Part shown: positions 17,359 through 27,299 of the stretch, piece by piece | Layout: the number at the start of each line of letters is the position of its first letter | Numbering within the stretch: the stretch's first letter is position 1 | IMG/VR virus record: IMGVR_UViG_3300001335_000085 | Location: 1,365 to 65,364 of that record | Reading direction: 5' to 3' (one strand) | DNA length: 64,000 bases | DNA from: a virus | Notes under the pieces: model-generated | What the model was told of the DNA's origin: nothing | What the model saw: the letters and a program-made list of their open reading frames with translations, nothing else | Database searches by the model: none | Translations under genes and position numbers: made by a program

Positions 17359-17431
17359 GGAGCTATAGACTAACTGGTCAGGTCACAGCCCTTTCAAGGC
17401 TGTAGTTTGGGTTCAAGCCCCAATAGCTCTA
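17359..17431 (+). tRNA. tRNA-Glu(TTC)
   Basis: GGAGCTA/TAGCTCT, CAGCC-CTTTCAA-GGCTG. Confidence 0.9.
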
Positions 17432-17434
17432 TAT

Positions 17435-17505
17435 AGCTTTATGGTGTAATGGTAGCACAGCAGATTTTGATTCTGTAAGTTTTGGTTCAAGTCCATATAA
17501 GGCTG
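17435..17505 (+). tRNA. tRNA-Gln(TTG)
   Basis: AGCTTTA/TAAGGCT, GCAGA-TTTTGAT-TCTGT, G73. Confidence 0.85.
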
Positions 17506-17510
17506 TACAT

Positions 17511-17594
17511 GCTCTGATGATGGAATTGGCAGACATAACAGACTTAAAATCTGTTGCCCTTGTGGGCGTGGGGGTTCAAGTCCCCCTCGGAGCA
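17511..17594 (+). tRNA. tRNA-Leu(TAA)
   Basis: GCTCTGA/TCGGAGC, ACAGA-CTTAAAA-TCTGT, variable arm. Confidence 0.92.
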
Positions 17595-17619
17595 ATTAGT
17601 ATTTATATAAGGGGCTATT

Positions 17620-17928
17620 ATGGTAATGACAAAAATCAAACATGTGTTACACAAGGATACATACACAAGTGTGTATTGTAGTAAAGAAAATGTACCTATT
17701 AATTATTGTATTACTAGTACAACTCCAAAGGGCTGTGCTGAAGACATTATTGCTGATATTATGTTTCAAGATGGAGCAGTTGAAAACGGCGTTAATGGTG
17801 TATGTGCTGAAGACTTGTTACTTTGCGTGTTGTTACGACTACAAGCAATACAAAATACTAGACATGCCTCTAAAAAACATGAACAAGCCATTGACCATAT
17901 TAAAGAAGCTTTGGTATGGCTGTATTAA
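17620..17928 (+). CDS. tad1: Tad1-like cyclic-nucleotide sponge, C-terminally short
   Basis: I.FQ.G....GV..EDLL.....RL...Q.....S......A..HI.EAL.W pattern of Tad1. Confidence 0.65.
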   Translation: MVMTKIKHVLHKDTYTSVYCSKENVPINYCITSTTPKGCAEDIIADIMFQDGAVENGVNGVCAEDLLLCVLLRLQAIQNTRHASKKHEQAIDHIKEALVWLY

Positions 17929-17942
17929 TGTAACATATATAC

Positions 17943-17971
17943 TTGACATACATAACATAATACAGTATACT
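17943..17971 (+). promoter_or_regulatory. sigma70-type promoter
   Basis: TTGACA-17-TATACT upstream of helicase leader. Confidence 0.75.
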
Positions 17972-18000
17972 ATACATAGTCCTGAAGTTACTCAGTTCTC

Positions 18001-18043
18001 GGGTGAGTAGGGATGTAATTCCTTTTCTTACTCACCCTTTTTT
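18001..18043 (+). terminator. terminator-like hairpin in helicase leader
   Basis: GGGTGAGTAG...TTACTCACCC followed by TTTTTT, immediately before AGGAG RBS. Confidence 0.55.
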
Positions 18044-18053
18044 AGGAGTAATA

Positions 18054-19445
18054 ATGAGCAGAATGAAAATGACACCAGAGAAAGAGCTTCTTATAGGAAT
18101 GATTGTGAGTGATGAATTCCTTCAGCAGATAGCTCCATTAACCAATGTAGCGTATCTGCAGGCATCTAGTAGTAGAATTATTGCTAAATGGTGTTTAGAG
18201 TATTATGAAGAATACAAGACAGCACCAAAAGAATTAATACAAGATATTTACACACAACACCTCTCTATACTAGATGATACTGATACGAGTATTATCGCTA
18301 AAGTATTAGCACACATTTCAGAAAAATACGCACAGAAAGACAAGTATAATATTCCATACATGATTGATAAATCTAGTGAGTATTTGCGTAAACGTAGACT
18401 AGAAGTATTTCAAACAGAGTTAGAGCATTATATTCTTCGAAATGATGTAACACAGGCAGAAAATCTGATTGGCGGTTATGCTACTATAACGAAACCTGAG
18501 CAAAAAATACGGGATTTATGGAGTGATACAACGATTGTGGATAATATATTCTCAAGAGAGAATTATGAGTTGTTCAAACTGCCCGGAATTTTAGGTGAAT
18601 ACGTAGGTTCTTTTAGACGTGGTAATTTATATGCATTTGCGGGAGTTGCTAAAAGAGGTAAAAGTAGATGGTTAGCGCAGACAGCCGTCATCGCAAGTAT
18701 GCATAGGTTGAACGTAGCATATATCAGTTTAGAGATGGATGATGAAGAGACTGCTGAACTCATATTAAATACAATGGTACGAAAACCGATAACAGACAGG
18801 GAGGAATTACAAGGCACAGAGACTATAGTGAAATTGCCATATTTCTCTGAACAGAATGATATTTTATACGAAAACCTGAAGACACATTATGGTGATGTTG
18901 CTGATTATAAAAAATGGCAAAAGAAAGCTAATATGGCATATAGACCTATGCATAGGATTATCGGGCAACCTGACAAAATGACTATAGAAGATATAGAGAA
19001 TGAATTACTTACAGCAGAATATTATGATGAATTTGTACCTGATGTGATTGTTGTAGATTATGCTAATTTACTACATGCAAAAGGTACAGATAATAGAGAT
19101 AAAGTAAATACTATCTGGACAGGGTTAAAGCGTTTAGCCAAGAATATGCATTGTCCTGTCATCACAGCTACACATATGAACTCAGATGCATTGAAGAAAG
19201 ACGGTGAGAATTATAATGTAGGGGAAGATAGACGAATATTACACCATGTATCTGGTTTATATATTTTGAACCAAACAGAAGAAGAGAAAAAGAATGGTAT
19301 TATGCGTATCAAAGCAACGGCGACACGCTTCAGTAAATACACAGAATTAGACCAAGTGTTATGTTTATACGATTTTAATACAGGGAGGACATTGATAGAT
19401 AGTAGATGGTTAAAAGACATACCTGAGTACACTGATGCAGAATAA
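18054..19445 (+). CDS. dnaB: DnaB-like replicative helicase
   Basis: AGVAKRGKS Walker A, YISLEM, VIVVDYA, VITATHMN; ATG 18054 after AGGAG. Confidence 0.85.
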   Translation: MSRMKMTPEKELLIGMIVSDEFLQQIAPLTNVAYLQASSSRIIAKWCLEYYEEYKTAPKELIQDIYTQHLSILDDTDTSIIAKVLAHISEKYAQKDKYNIPYMIDKSSEYLRKRRLEVFQTELEHYILRNDVTQAENLIGGYATITKPEQKIRDLWSDTTIVDNIFSRENYELFKLPGILGEYVGSFRRGNLYAFAGVAKRGKSRWLAQTAVIASMHRLNVAYISLEMDDEETAELILNTMVRKPITDREELQGTETIVKLPYFSEQNDILYENLKTHYGDVADYKKWQKKANMAYRPMHRIIGQPDKMTIEDIENELLTAEYYDEFVPDVIVVDYANLLHAKGTDNRDKVNTIWTGLKRLAKNMHCPVITATHMNSDALKKDGENYNVGEDRRILHHVSGLYILNQTEEEKKNGIMRIKATATRFSKYTELDQVLCLYDFNTGRTLIDSRWLKDIPEYTDAE

Positions 19446-19451
19446 ACGGAG

Positions 19452-19925
19452 GTGATCATGCTTGCATTGAATGAGGCTTTGTTAGTAACATTATATATTA
19501 TGGGAGGTTCAGTACCTACACAGTTTGAATGGAATTTACGGTTGTTTTTAGTATATATGTGGTACACGGCAGAAATACCGATGCGCCCTTTCAAATTCAA
19601 AGCAACTAGATATGGGGCATGGTGTCATCAGACAAAGAAAAGTATACAAGTTTTAGAACATAAAGGTTTTACATCTGCTGTGTATTCACCTATATCATAT
19701 AGAGCAGAAATAGATTGTATGATAAATCAACAATTTTTTGAAGAATCTATAACATATATGTTGACAGATGAGGGGGAAGCTTATGTTAAAAAAGTAGCTA
19801 AGTTATTCTCTATTGATATAGATAGTCATGCAATTTTATCCAAACTCTACTTGACAGACACCATGGATATACCATATATTATAAGTATCATGAAGACAGA
19901 GTTTTCCGATATGATAAAACGATAG
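19452..19925 (+). CDS. hypothetical protein, weak Panacea/DUF4065-YwgA-like winged helix
   Basis: F.F.ATRYGAW and Y.LT..G..Y motifs; family call weak. Confidence 0.45.
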   Translation: MIMLALNEALLVTLYIMGGSVPTQFEWNLRLFLVYMWYTAEIPMRPFKFKATRYGAWCHQTKKSIQVLEHKGFTSAVYSPISYRAEIDCMINQQFFEESITYMLTDEGEAYVKKVAKLFSIDIDSHAILSKLYLTDTMDIPYIISIMKTEFSDMIKR

Positions 19926-19933
19926 GAGCATAT

Positions 19934-20950
19934 ATGAAGAAGGAATTAGAAACATTACAGTTCGTTAAGAACGCAACCACGAAGACAACGACAGAATTGA
20001 CAGGAAGTAATACGTTTTACTTTAAGGAAGGCTATGTATACGCTTACAATAATATTGTAAGTATACGTGCAAAAACAGACTATACGTTAGAAGGGTCTGT
20101 GCCTGCTGAAAAGTTCTACCAGTTACTACATAAGATAAGTGAAGATGAAATAACAGTCACAGATAAAGAGTCTAATTTCAAGATACGGTATGGTAAGCAT
20201 ACAGCCACCATCCAGAAAGAAGTTTCAGGACTTTCATCGTACATGAATATCATTTTTAATGAAAGCCACATGAAGCAACCTGTTCCCAGTGATTTCTTGG
20301 AAGCATTAGCTACCAGTAAATTTCAGACATATAGTAATAAATTATCAGGCATCTATGTAGATGATACATGTTATTATGCTATTGACACATCTGATATTTC
20401 TCGATATGAAAGTACTGAAGGATTTGCTGAAACATTTTGGCTACCTAGAGAAGGTGTATTGCTATTACGTTCTATTCCAGAAGAACTAGAATACTGTGCA
20501 TTGTCTCGGTCATTTTTCTATGTGTTTACAGAACATTACACAGTAGCTGTGAAGCTGAAATTATGTAATGAATTTCCTATAAGTATTTTAGAAAAGTTTA
20601 TGAATCAATTTACTGATTATAGTCATGTAATAACTATGCCTGTAGAATATAGGGATACACTCAATAGGATTAAACTGGCTACAGCAAAAGATAAGAATGA
20701 TAGACATGTATTTCATATGACTACAGGGGATATGTTGGAATTACAGAGTATCGGTGTAAACAGTTTAGCGGTGCATGAGTCATTGCTATATGAAAAACAG
20801 AATATCACGAAAAAGACCTATGAGATTCCTATTGAGAATTTTATGTATCTAGACAACACTATCCATATATTGGAATCCGGTAACAACGTTGCTGTGGCTA
20901 TGCGTACAGAAAAACATGTACATTTTATTAGAATAGGAGTAGTATTATAA
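19934..20950 (+). CDS. sliding clamp (DNA pol III beta-like)
   Basis: 338 aa, adjacent to polymerase, F.F..G.V.AYN...I...G.VPA..F..LL pattern. Confidence 0.65.
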   Translation: MKKELETLQFVKNATTKTTTELTGSNTFYFKEGYVYAYNNIVSIRAKTDYTLEGSVPAEKFYQLLHKISEDEITVTDKESNFKIRYGKHTATIQKEVSGLSSYMNIIFNESHMKQPVPSDFLEALATSKFQTYSNKLSGIYVDDTCYYAIDTSDISRYESTEGFAETFWLPREGVLLLRSIPEELEYCALSRSFFYVFTEHYTVAVKLKLCNEFPISILEKFMNQFTDYSHVITMPVEYRDTLNRIKLATAKDKNDRHVFHMTTGDMLELQSIGVNSLAVHESLLYEKQNITKKTYEIPIENFMYLDNTIHILESGNNVAVAMRTEKHVHFIRIGVVL

Positions 20951-23520
20951 TGGATGGTTTCTTCAATATAGAAGAATTAGATATAACACAGCCTGTGGTG
21001 GCAAAACGCTTGCCACCAGTACGTAAAGATATTGTGTATAATTGTGAACAGTGCGGGCTATATAAAAATTGCCAACATGGGAAGATGGACTATCAAGGCA
21101 TAGGAGCTAAGGGCATACTAGTGGTTATTGATAGTCCTACTATTAAAGCTGACCGTTTAGGAAAACCTGTGATAGGTGAACAAAGACGTATCATAACAGA
21201 TATGTGCAATGCAACAGGACTGGATTATGATAAAGATATTTGGGTAGTCCCTGCAATTCGTTGTAAGCATTCTGCAAAGAATAAAGCCACCATCCCTAGT
21301 TGTAGGATGCTACTGCACAAGACAGTCACAGAATTGCGTCCTACAGCTATTATTACATTAGGCAGTGTAGCGTTAGATGTGCTACTAGGAGATAAGATAG
21401 AAACAGGAAACATTCATAGATTTGATAATTATGCTATTCCTTTTCACGGATTTCAGACTATCATATACCCTACCTATGGGTTAAAGGATATCATATATGA
21501 TACATATAATCCTGTGATGTTGAAAAAAGTTGAAAAGCAGTTTTTGAAAGCTCAGTATCCTAAACCATATATAAACTATGAATCACTGCTAGATAGTTCT
21601 GTGACTCTTCTCCACACAAATAGTGATATAAAACGTATGCTAGAACGGATGGCTACAAAGCAGTTAGTCGCATTTGACTATGAGACTACAGGGATACAGC
21701 CCTATAGAACTGGACATAAGATTATCTGTATGAGTGTGTCTGATGGTGTTCATTCATACTGTTTTATGGTAAAGCCTAGTACTGTTCCACACATAGTCTC
21801 ATTTTTGCAATCAGACGTGCCTAAGATAGCCCACAACGCAAAGTATGAGATGATATGGAGCAAAGCATTACTAGGTGTAGATGTTGCTCATGTAGAGGCT
21901 GACACGATGCTCATAGCACATAGCCTAAACAATAATAAAAATCTTGTAGGACTTAAGTTTCAGGGATTTGTGAATTTTGGTATTGCTCAGTATGAAGAAG
22001 ATATAAAGCCGTTGTTCAAAAGTAATGAAGATAAAGGTGTGCATAGTTTTAATATGTTATACACTATGGATAAAACTGGGGAAATAGCTATTGTCGCTGA
22101 TAAACTTATGTATTATTGTGCTATTGACAGTTTGTTGACCATGTGGTTATATAAAGAACAGCAAGACCAGATACAAGCTGTCCCTCATATACAAGAAGGG
22201 ATTGATTTGTTTCTTGACACTATGAAGGCTTTTGTAGATATAGAACTACAAGGCATGGATGTTGATAGTAATAAAGTGGCACAGAATATTGAAACTATTA
22301 ACACTACTATGGCAGAATTACGTGATAAGATATATAATACAACTGAAGTAAAACAGTGGGAGCAGTCGTATCCTTTCAATTATAGTAGTAATAAAGATTT
22401 AACACATCTATTATATGATGTGTTAAAATATCCTGTATACAAACAAACAAATACAGGACAGCCTAGTACAGATAAGGAAGCACTAGAGAAGATTATAGAA
22501 CATGAAGGTTCTGAGTTTTTATCATTATTGATTGAATATAAAAAGTTAGATAAAATGAAAGGCACATATCTATTAGGTATTGAAAAAGGAGTCTATGATA
22601 ATGTAATACATCCTAGTTTTAATTTACACACAGTACAGTCATTTCGCAGTTCATCTTCTTCTCCGATAAATTTCCAAAATATTCCTAAACATGATGCGTT
22701 AGCTAAGAATATGATTAGAACTGTGTTTGTTCCTAAAGAAGGTGCTTTTATCGAGGAGTTGGACTTTAGTGCATTAGAAGTAAATATCAGTCAATGCTAT
22801 TGCCAAGATAAGAATTTACTTGTATATTTACAAGACAGTGATAATCATAATATGCATACAGATTCAGCCTGTGACTTGTTTTTACGGACAAAAGATACTA
22901 TGTTAAAGCAAGAAAGACAGATTACAAAAAGTGGTTTTGTCTTTAGTCAGATTTATGGAAGTAATTATAAGAATTGTGCTAAAAAACTATGGGAGGATAT
23001 GTCTAAAGAATCAAAAGAACATCTAGCAAGTAAGGGGTATAAAACATTAGAAGAATACACTGCTGTAGTGAAAGAAGCAGAACATCAGATGTGGGATATC
23101 AGATTCAAAGAATGGGGTAGATGGAAAAAGGATAATTGGAAGAAATACCAAGCAAACGGGTATATAGACAATTATACTGGATTCAGGTTACAGACATTGA
23201 TGAGTCCTATGCAAGCTGGTAATTATGCTATACAAGGAAGTGCAAGTCATTGTCTCTTATATACTATGATGTATATGCATACTATGATGAAAAAGATAGG
23301 GCTACGAAGTACTATTATCGGACAGATTCATGACAGTATTGTGTTTAATATGTATACTGATGAAGTCGAATTAGTACACACTATAGCTAAGAAAGCACTC
23401 GATAACCTACGAGACCATTGGAGTTGGATTACGTTGCAGTTGATTATGGAATACGAGCAGACCCCTGTGAACGGTGACTGGAGTCAATTAGAAGAAAAAG
23501 GCAGGATAAAATCTAAATGA
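20950..23520 (+). CDS. polA: family A DNA polymerase with N-terminal UDG-like domain and 3'-5' exonuclease
   Basis: C..C.L...C and AIRC (UDG-4-like); DYETTG, HNAKYE, YCAID; NFQNIP, DFSALE, RQITK..F..IYG, NYAIQG, QIHDS. Confidence 0.93.
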   Translation: MDGFFNIEELDITQPVVAKRLPPVRKDIVYNCEQCGLYKNCQHGKMDYQGIGAKGILVVIDSPTIKADRLGKPVIGEQRRIITDMCNATGLDYDKDIWVVPAIRCKHSAKNKATIPSCRMLLHKTVTELRPTAIITLGSVALDVLLGDKIETGNIHRFDNYAIPFHGFQTIIYPTYGLKDIIYDTYNPVMLKKVEKQFLKAQYPKPYINYESLLDSSVTLLHTNSDIKRMLERMATKQLVAFDYETTGIQPYRTGHKIICMSVSDGVHSYCFMVKPSTVPHIVSFLQSDVPKIAHNAKYEMIWSKALLGVDVAHVEADTMLIAHSLNNNKNLVGLKFQGFVNFGIAQYEEDIKPLFKSNEDKGVHSFNMLYTMDKTGEIAIVADKLMYYCAIDSLLTMWLYKEQQDQIQAVPHIQEGIDLFLDTMKAFVDIELQGMDVDSNKVAQNIETINTTMAELRDKIYNTTEVKQWEQSYPFNYSSNKDLTHLLYDVLKYPVYKQTNTGQPSTDKEALEKIIEHEGSEFLSLLIEYKKLDKMKGTYLLGIEKGVYDNVIHPSFNLHTVQSFRSSSSSPINFQNIPKHDALAKNMIRTVFVPKEGAFIEELDFSALEVNISQCYCQDKNLLVYLQDSDNHNMHTDSACDLFLRTKDTMLKQERQITKSGFVFSQIYGSNYKNCAKKLWEDMSKESKEHLASKGYKTLEEYTAVVKEAEHQMWDIRFKEWGRWKKDNWKKYQANGYIDNYTGFRLQTLMSPMQAGNYAIQGSASHCLLYTMMYMHTMMKKIGLRSTIIGQIHDSIVFNMYTDEVELVHTIAKKALDNLRDHWSWITLQLIMEYEQTPVNGDWSQLEEKGRIKSK

Positions 23521-23705
23521 AATATGTGTTTAAGCAGTGTAATGCCTTATCCACTAGTGACAATGCTTTTCTTAAAAAGCATAAAATGAATGTGGTGTTA
23601 GAACCAGAGATTGTGCTGGTTTGGAATGGTAATATTATTTTTGATAGTGTAGAGGAATTACAACACTATCTTAGCCTGTTAAAACCGAGGCTATAAGGAG
23701 GCTAT

Positions 23706-23942
23706 ATGATTGAACGAATTTATAGGATGTTATTCCCGAAAAATGTGTATATGGGAGAGCAAGAGGCACTTGAAGAGATATTAGCATATCATAAGAATAT
23801 GCAAGAAATAAGTGCCATCGTAGAGGATTTTGATGAGGGGATTGCATTGCTAGAGGAATTATCAGACTCTGCTGAGTTATATGAGGCTATTTCATATTTC
23901 GAATATGTACGTGAATCATTGCGTTATTACACGAACGATTAA
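23706..23942 (+). CDS. hypothetical protein
   Basis: AAGGAGG RBS. Confidence 0.65.
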   Translation: MIERIYRMLFPKNVYMGEQEALEEILAYHKNMQEISAIVEDFDEGIALLEELSDSAELYEAISYFEYVRESLRYYTND

Positions 23943-23953
23943 AGGAGTACAGT

Positions 23954-24508
23954 ATCACACTACAATATATACAAAGAATAGGTACATGGAGAGATGTTGC
24001 TGATGAAGCACGTACAACCATAGGTATGGGGGAAGGTACAGGAGAGCCTAAAGATAGCTGGAAGCGGAAAATGCTTTATGCTGAACATTCTCCTATACGT
24101 CTTTTACATTATAAATGGAAATGGATAGACATTCCTTACTGTTCATCAGTACATTTTGTACGACATAAACAGGGCATAGAACATTGGGTAAAGACAAGTA
24201 GAAGTGATAGGACAGGCATAGATAGGCACACACTACCACAGGATAACCCTGTGAACCATACATGTGAAGCAACTGCACAAGCTATGATAAACATCAGTCG
24301 TAAACGTCTATGTACCTGTGCAAGTAAAGAGACTAGAGATGCATGGAAGCTGGTTATAGAGGGTCTACGTGAGATAGAACCGTTACTAGCTGATGTATGT
24401 GTGCCTGAGTGTGTCTATAGAGGATTCTGTCCTGAGTATAAAAGCTGTGGATGGATTGACAGTATAGAAGGACAGCTACGGCTGGCAAAATATCGAAACT
24501 GGATATAG
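23954..24508 (+). CDS. thyX: ThyX-like flavin-dependent thymidylate synthase, probable ATC start
   Basis: EHSPIR, HFVRHK, SR.DR, CV..G.CPE; frame open upstream to ATC 6 nt after AGGAG. Confidence 0.7.
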   Translation: MTLQYIQRIGTWRDVADEARTTIGMGEGTGEPKDSWKRKMLYAEHSPIRLLHYKWKWIDIPYCSSVHFVRHKQGIEHWVKTSRSDRTGIDRHTLPQDNPVNHTCEATAQAMINISRKRLCTCASKETRDAWKLVIEGLREIEPLLADVCVPECVYRGFCPEYKSCGWIDSIEGQLRLAKYRNWI

Positions 24509-24700
24509 GTGCGTAGATGAAATATAGAATAGTAAAAATAGTATATCCTAGAGAAGATATGGTGGTGGTGAGTCAGGGTGGATGACCCATCAGGATTTGG
24601 TATGCCTTTTGATACGAAAGAACAGGCTATTGACTATTATAACAGCTACACCTCATACATAATAGAAACAGTTGTATGGAGGCAAAATACAAGAAAGTAG

Positions 24701-24729
24701 TTGACATACTGCTATAGATAGGGTATAGT
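24701..24729 (+). promoter_or_regulatory. sigma70-type promoter
   Basis: TTGACA-17-TATAGT. Confidence 0.75.
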
Positions 24730-24746
24730 GTATATAGGAGGAGCGG

Positions 24747-25109
24747 ATGACTATAGATATACCAGCATTTACATACACATTAGACGAGGCATACAAAGAA
24801 GTACGTAAGACACCTTTGCAAATACACTTTGTAAGAACCTATGAAGAAGATGTGCCATTAGTATTTATACAGGAAGATTTAGCAGAACAAGGAATTGTAG
24901 ATATTGCCACGCTTCGTGTAGAAACTGTTGTCAGACAAGTTCCTTGGGAAGGGGACTATACAACACAGTGTAAAGTCACAGCAATATATACACTTACTGA
25001 AGGTTATAAATATGATGTATGTATAAAAGAACAAGCACGTCAGTTGTACAATAAGAAGTATCATGAATATATAGAAGAGCAGTTAAACAGAGTGCGTAAG
25101 CTGTTATAA
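24747..25109 (+). CDS. hypothetical protein
   Basis: AGGAGG RBS. Confidence 0.7.
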   Translation: MTIDIPAFTYTLDEAYKEVRKTPLQIHFVRTYEEDVPLVFIQEDLAEQGIVDIATLRVETVVRQVPWEGDYTTQCKVTAIYTLTEGYKYDVCIKEQARQLYNKKYHEYIEEQLNRVRKLL

Positions 25110-25118
25110 GGAGAAAGT

Positions 25119-25640
25119 ATGTTACTATGCATTAGTGGAAAGAAATGGTCAGGAAAGGATACAGTAGCTAATTATCTATGTAATTATTGTGGGTTTACAA
25201 AAGCACCCCCATTTGCTGTGTTTAAGTATGCAATAGCTTCATGGTTTGATTGGGATGAACAAGCTTTGCAAGCAATAGGTAATGAATGTCTTAAAGAAGA
25301 TTTAGGAAGACACTTACCAGTGTATAAAGAGACTGTAGGTGATGCTATCTGGGTAAAAGTATTTAGAAATTGGTATGCTAAGCAAGACCCTGATGAGTGT
25401 TTTGTTGTGAGTGACTTCAGATTTCCTATAGAGGCTCAGGAGCTGGCAGTCTTTGATGATGTGATATATGTACAAGTACGGCGTGAACAAGACACTACAG
25501 AGGATTCTCATCAGTCTGAGAGTTATTTTGATGAGCTACCACAAGACTACGCTATTGAAAACAATGGAACTTTGGAAGATTTATATAATACAGTAGATGT
25601 ATTGATTGACACAGTATTATGTAATTTGGAGTTGATGTGA
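25119..25640 (+). CDS. deoxynucleoside monophosphate kinase
   Basis: ISGKKWSGKDT, VVSD.RFP.E, H.SE, I.N.GT.EDL. Confidence 0.88.
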   Translation: MLLCISGKKWSGKDTVANYLCNYCGFTKAPPFAVFKYAIASWFDWDEQALQAIGNECLKEDLGRHLPVYKETVGDAIWVKVFRNWYAKQDPDECFVVSDFRFPIEAQELAVFDDVIYVQVRREQDTTEDSHQSESYFDELPQDYAIENNGTLEDLYNTVDVLIDTVLCNLELM

Positions 25641-26839
25641 AAGTATACGGTAAATATGGTGAGGTTGTCATATATAATGATGTAGTAGATAGTAATGTTG
25701 TTGAGCAGGTAGCAACCTTAATGAATCATCCCATGGCGCAAGATGCTCATATACGCATCATGCCTGATTGTTGTGCAGGAAAAGGCTGTGTGATAGGTTA
25801 CACGGCAAAAATACGTGATTATATTGTTCCTAATTTAGTAGGAGTAGATATTGGCTGTAGTGTTTCAGCTATGTCTATTAATCATCTTGACATACCTGCA
25901 TTCAATGAAAGATTTAAGAAATTAGTGCCTGTGGGTAGAAATATTCATGAAACTCCTGTATATGAGATATCTGATCTTGCTGTAAGAAATATGGAGAATT
26001 TTGAGATAGTATGTGATGCTATTGGCATGGATAAAGACTATATGAAGCGGTCTTTAGGTACATTAGGTGGTGGCAATCACTATGGTGAGATAGATGTAGA
26101 TAGCAACGGTGATTGGTGGTTTACTCTTCATACAGGCTCTAGAAACTTTGGATTGAAAGTTGCAACATATTTTCAGAAGAAAGCTATGGAAGTTGATTTT
26201 TCTAAAGAAATAGAGGATATCAAGAAAAACTATTCTGGAAAAGACATTGAAACAAATATTAAACAACTGGACAAAAAGAGAAAACCAAAAGGACTAGAAT
26301 GGCTAGAAGATGCTGATGAGGAAAATTATCTAAATTTTATGGATGTTGCACAAGAATACGCAAAGGCTAATCATGACATAATTCATAAAAGATTGTTTTC
26401 TGAGGATGAACGTAGATTTATTACTATCAGCTATTATACGAAAGGTGTAAAACGATATTATATATCACATAATTATATTGACATATGGGATTATATTGTA
26501 AGAAAAGGAGCAGTATCTGCAAAAAGGGAAGAAGAAATTTTGATTCCTCTGAATATGAAAGATGGTATATTGCTATGTAAGGGAAAAGGAAATCCAGACT
26601 GGAATTTCTCAGCCCCTCATGGAGCAGGAAGATTGATGTCAAGAACAAAGGCTAAAGAAGAATTTACATTAGAAGAGTTTGAGAAGTCTATGGAAGGAAT
26701 TTATTCAACCTGTGTATCTGAGAACACCCTTGATGAGTCCCCGATGGCATATAAAGATGCAGAGGATATCAAACGATATATCACACCTACAGCAGATATT
26801 CTAGACCATTGGAAGCCAATATGGAATTATAAAGGATAG
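25637..26839 (+). CDS. rtcB: RtcB RNA 2',3'-cyclic-phosphate ligase
   Basis: IMPDC, VGVDIGC, GTLGGGNHY.E, HTGSR, HNY, RKGA, PHGAGR, DE.P.AYK. Confidence 0.93.
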   Translation: MKVYGKYGEVVIYNDVVDSNVVEQVATLMNHPMAQDAHIRIMPDCCAGKGCVIGYTAKIRDYIVPNLVGVDIGCSVSAMSINHLDIPAFNERFKKLVPVGRNIHETPVYEISDLAVRNMENFEIVCDAIGMDKDYMKRSLGTLGGGNHYGEIDVDSNGDWWFTLHTGSRNFGLKVATYFQKKAMEVDFSKEIEDIKKNYSGKDIETNIKQLDKKRKPKGLEWLEDADEENYLNFMDVAQEYAKANHDIIHKRLFSEDERRFITISYYTKGVKRYYISHNYIDIWDYIVRKGAVSAKREEEILIPLNMKDGILLCKGKGNPDWNFSAPHGAGRLMSRTKAKEEFTLEEFEKSMEGIYSTCVSENTLDESPMAYKDAEDIKRYITPTADILDHWKPIWNYKG

Positions 26840-27249
26840 TAAATATGAGTGAATGGACATTAGTACGTATACTTTATGAAGTAGAAAAAAGATTACCAAG
26901 TAAAGCGGATATAAATAATTATGATGCATGACAAGTAACAGACCTCAGGTCATTGTATGAAAGTGCTATACGAGATACTGATTGTCCTGATATGTATCCT
27001 TTGTGGTCAAAAGATTCATTGTAAATTATCATGAATATCTATGAAACAAGATTTAGACCATATGTATATACATTAAAGTCTGCATCACAAATATTCACTA
27101 TTGCAGATAGAGGGTTTCTAATCATCTGTGGAGACATACGTGGTTGTACTAGAGATGATTTTATTCCTCTATTAAATCAATTTAGAATGCATTTAAGGAA
27201 CTATGGTGTCTGTGTCACGAGAGGATTAGTATCAATAACATAAAATGTA

Positions 27250-27278
27250 TTGACATAACACACAGTATATAGTATAGT
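27250..27278 (+). promoter_or_regulatory. sigma70-type promoter
   Basis: TTGACA-17-TATAGT. Confidence 0.75.
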
Positions 27279-27299
27279 AGAAAACAAGAAGGAGAACAT

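Noticed and set aside
16998-17620. Theta (HDV-like) ribozymes after tRNAs
   Set aside because: Could not assign the nested double-pseudoknot by eye at any tRNA 3' end; a motif search is needed
24517-24700. Intact small gene
   Set aside because: Reading frames break up; probably a remnant, product not assignable
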